Origin: Utricularia gibba
Lineage: Eukaryota; Plantae; Magnoliophyta
Assembly (NCBI GenBank): GCA_002189035.1
Contig: CM007990.1
Span: 1,488,001-1,552,000 of the forward strand
Length of the DNA: 64,000 nt
Direction of reading: 5' to 3'
Numbering within the stretch: the first letter of the stretch is position 1; each line of letters begins with the position of its first letter. Below, one piece after another: positions 62,221 to 64,000 of the stretch. The notes beneath the pieces were generated by a model. It worked only from the letters and a program-made list of their open reading frames with translations. It ran no database searches and was not told the DNA's origin. The position numbers and the translations under genes were made by a program.

Positions 62221-64000
62221 TCTAAATTTTAAGGAAGATTACCTTTGTCTACCTCATATGGTGGGACATGTACCTTGAGTAAATAAAGTGAGTATCATAC
62301 CATTCCATCGTTTGTACAACTCATCATAGATAATATGTATTGTTAATGTATAAGATAAATGACCTTTTTCAAGTATGTTTAATGAACATGTACACTTTGA
62401 AAGAAGTATGATGATGCGGGGAAATTCAGATATCTAGAAGGTTCAGCATCTTGATTGAAGATAAGTCAGGTTTATTAAAACAATAAAAGTATATCTATCA
62501 CTTACTAATCTCGAGAGTGGAAGCACTTGATAACCTAATGAGCTTATGACTTACTAACACTCTACACGATGAGTTTCAATAGATACATCTTAAGATTGGG
62601 TCAGAAAGTGATGTGCTCGACAAGGAGCATGTATGAGGAATAAGATATCTTAGAGGCCAACTTTCTTGAAAATGCAAAACATACTTCAAAGGCCAATGTA
62701 TGTTAAAATTGTCAACTAGCCCAATAAGTAGAACAAGGAAGACCAATGAAATAAGAAAACTTATATTTTAGGATATTTATGTCATATCTTCCAAAATATA
62801 CAAATCATATTTAGCACCAAATCTTCCACCAATATTTAAGAAAACAAAATAGCTAACAAGGTTTCTCTTAAAAAATGCTTATGATAATAGATGTCCATTA
62901 TAATATTATGAGAGATCTTGAATTGAAAAGACAATCATCTTCTATATAGTATTCTACTAGAAAGCTATGTTCTTATATTTGATGGAGCCTGAAATCGGCG
63001 AGTACCACGTGAAGGTGAGCTGAAGAGATATTTATAAATCAGCAAATAGGGAGATAACAAAATCGGTTATTCTTGGATGAAATAAGCTAGAAAGAGATCG
63101 CATAGTCCTTCTTACAGCCTGTCATTGGCGGATAAGCCAATAAGTGTTAGAATCGGGCTGCAGTGGTCATTTTGGAAGGGTATGAAAATTAATCGAATGT
63201 AAGAAATATCAAAACAATGGATGGTTATCTGTGAGTAGGACCACGAGTACAGCTGATTGGCACATAAAGTAGACAACACTTGCAGAATTCGATCGGATCA
63301 ACTCCACCTATAAATATAAGGAAGTTTGAGGAAAATGAGGTTGAACAGCCTACATTGGATTTGTATCCTTCTATTTTTCTCCATTAATGAAACCTATTTT
63401 TTCAACGAGTTTCATTAACTTCGTGGTTTTTTCGTCCATCGATGGTTTTCATATAAAAAATTCTGTGTTTCCACTGTTTTCACTCCAACAACAACCTAAA
63501 ACCCAAAAAACCTTAAATCGGATTCGAACAGATTGGCTCCATCGCACGTAAACCGGCCATCTATGACAAATCGATTTTCAACCACAACAATATTCATTCC
63601 AATTTTAGAAAATTTTACAATGACCCTCGTCCTCAAGGTTTTTTCTTGAGACTCAATTTTCCCTACTCTCTTAATTGAATTAGTGTATTTTTCATTATTT
63701 TCTAAACATACAAACCTAAAACCTGAAGTTGCTATTAGATTCAATATAGAAGGCGAGATTTTTTATAGCATCAGCTGAGATATGAATTAATATCTACAAA
63801 TTTAACACTTGTAGAGTTCACCTAGCACATATATCCACTTTAAGAAGCATCAGTGGTGTTGAAAGTTGTAATCTCCATTGTGATATTAGATTACATGTTA
63901 ATATGGTGGAACAAATAGCATAAGGTGCAATCATCAGTGATTAAGACTTTTTTAGGTGCATCAATTTTGACTTTGATGTATCAGACATTAATTAGTGAAA

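Noticed and set aside
62980-64000. LTR-like segment with CTATAAATA and a MULE-like N-terminal fragment at the right edge
   Set aside because: No paired termini, PBS or PPT, or convincing protein motif within the window.

Overview
Gene-rich euchromatic segment of a eudicot plant nuclear genome (asterid/Lamiales-like by recollection of protein similarity; not verified). Eleven protein-coding genes are supported: a glutaredoxin-like/DEP/DUF547 protein (runs off the left edge), a triple-CCCH zinc finger protein, a secreted LRR protein, a DIVARICATA/SRM1-type MYB, a GRAM-domain GEM-like protein, the PP2A activator PTPA, a RING-H2 E3 ligase, a TSSC4-like protein, a 24-exon MAP3K-epsilon (Cdc15-like) kinase and an NGATHA-type B3 transcription factor make ten intact or near-intact genes, and the eleventh is a decayed PurD (GAR synthetase) pseudogene just upstream of the kinase. 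A full-length but inactivated CRM-clade Ty3/gypsy retrotransposon (27113-33549; both LTRs, PBS, PPT, AAATA target-site duplication) lies between the RING and TSSC4 genes, and a degenerate Mutator transposase lies near the right end. Most noteworthy: (1) the PurD relic appears to keep a promoter, 5'-UTR exon/intron and start codon fused to its C-terminal half, and points into the MAP3K-epsilon gene; (2) a centromere-type retrotransposon with its CR motif sits in a gene-dense region; (3) three apparent -1 frameshifts in otherwise conserved genes (two in MAP3K-epsilon, one in NGA) all fall in G/C homopolymers, most likely assembly errors but needing verification. No rRNA, tRNA, CRISPR array or recognisable conserved miRNA was found. 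I did not find convincing evidence for a wholly new biological system. All exon models, alignments and counts were done by eye.
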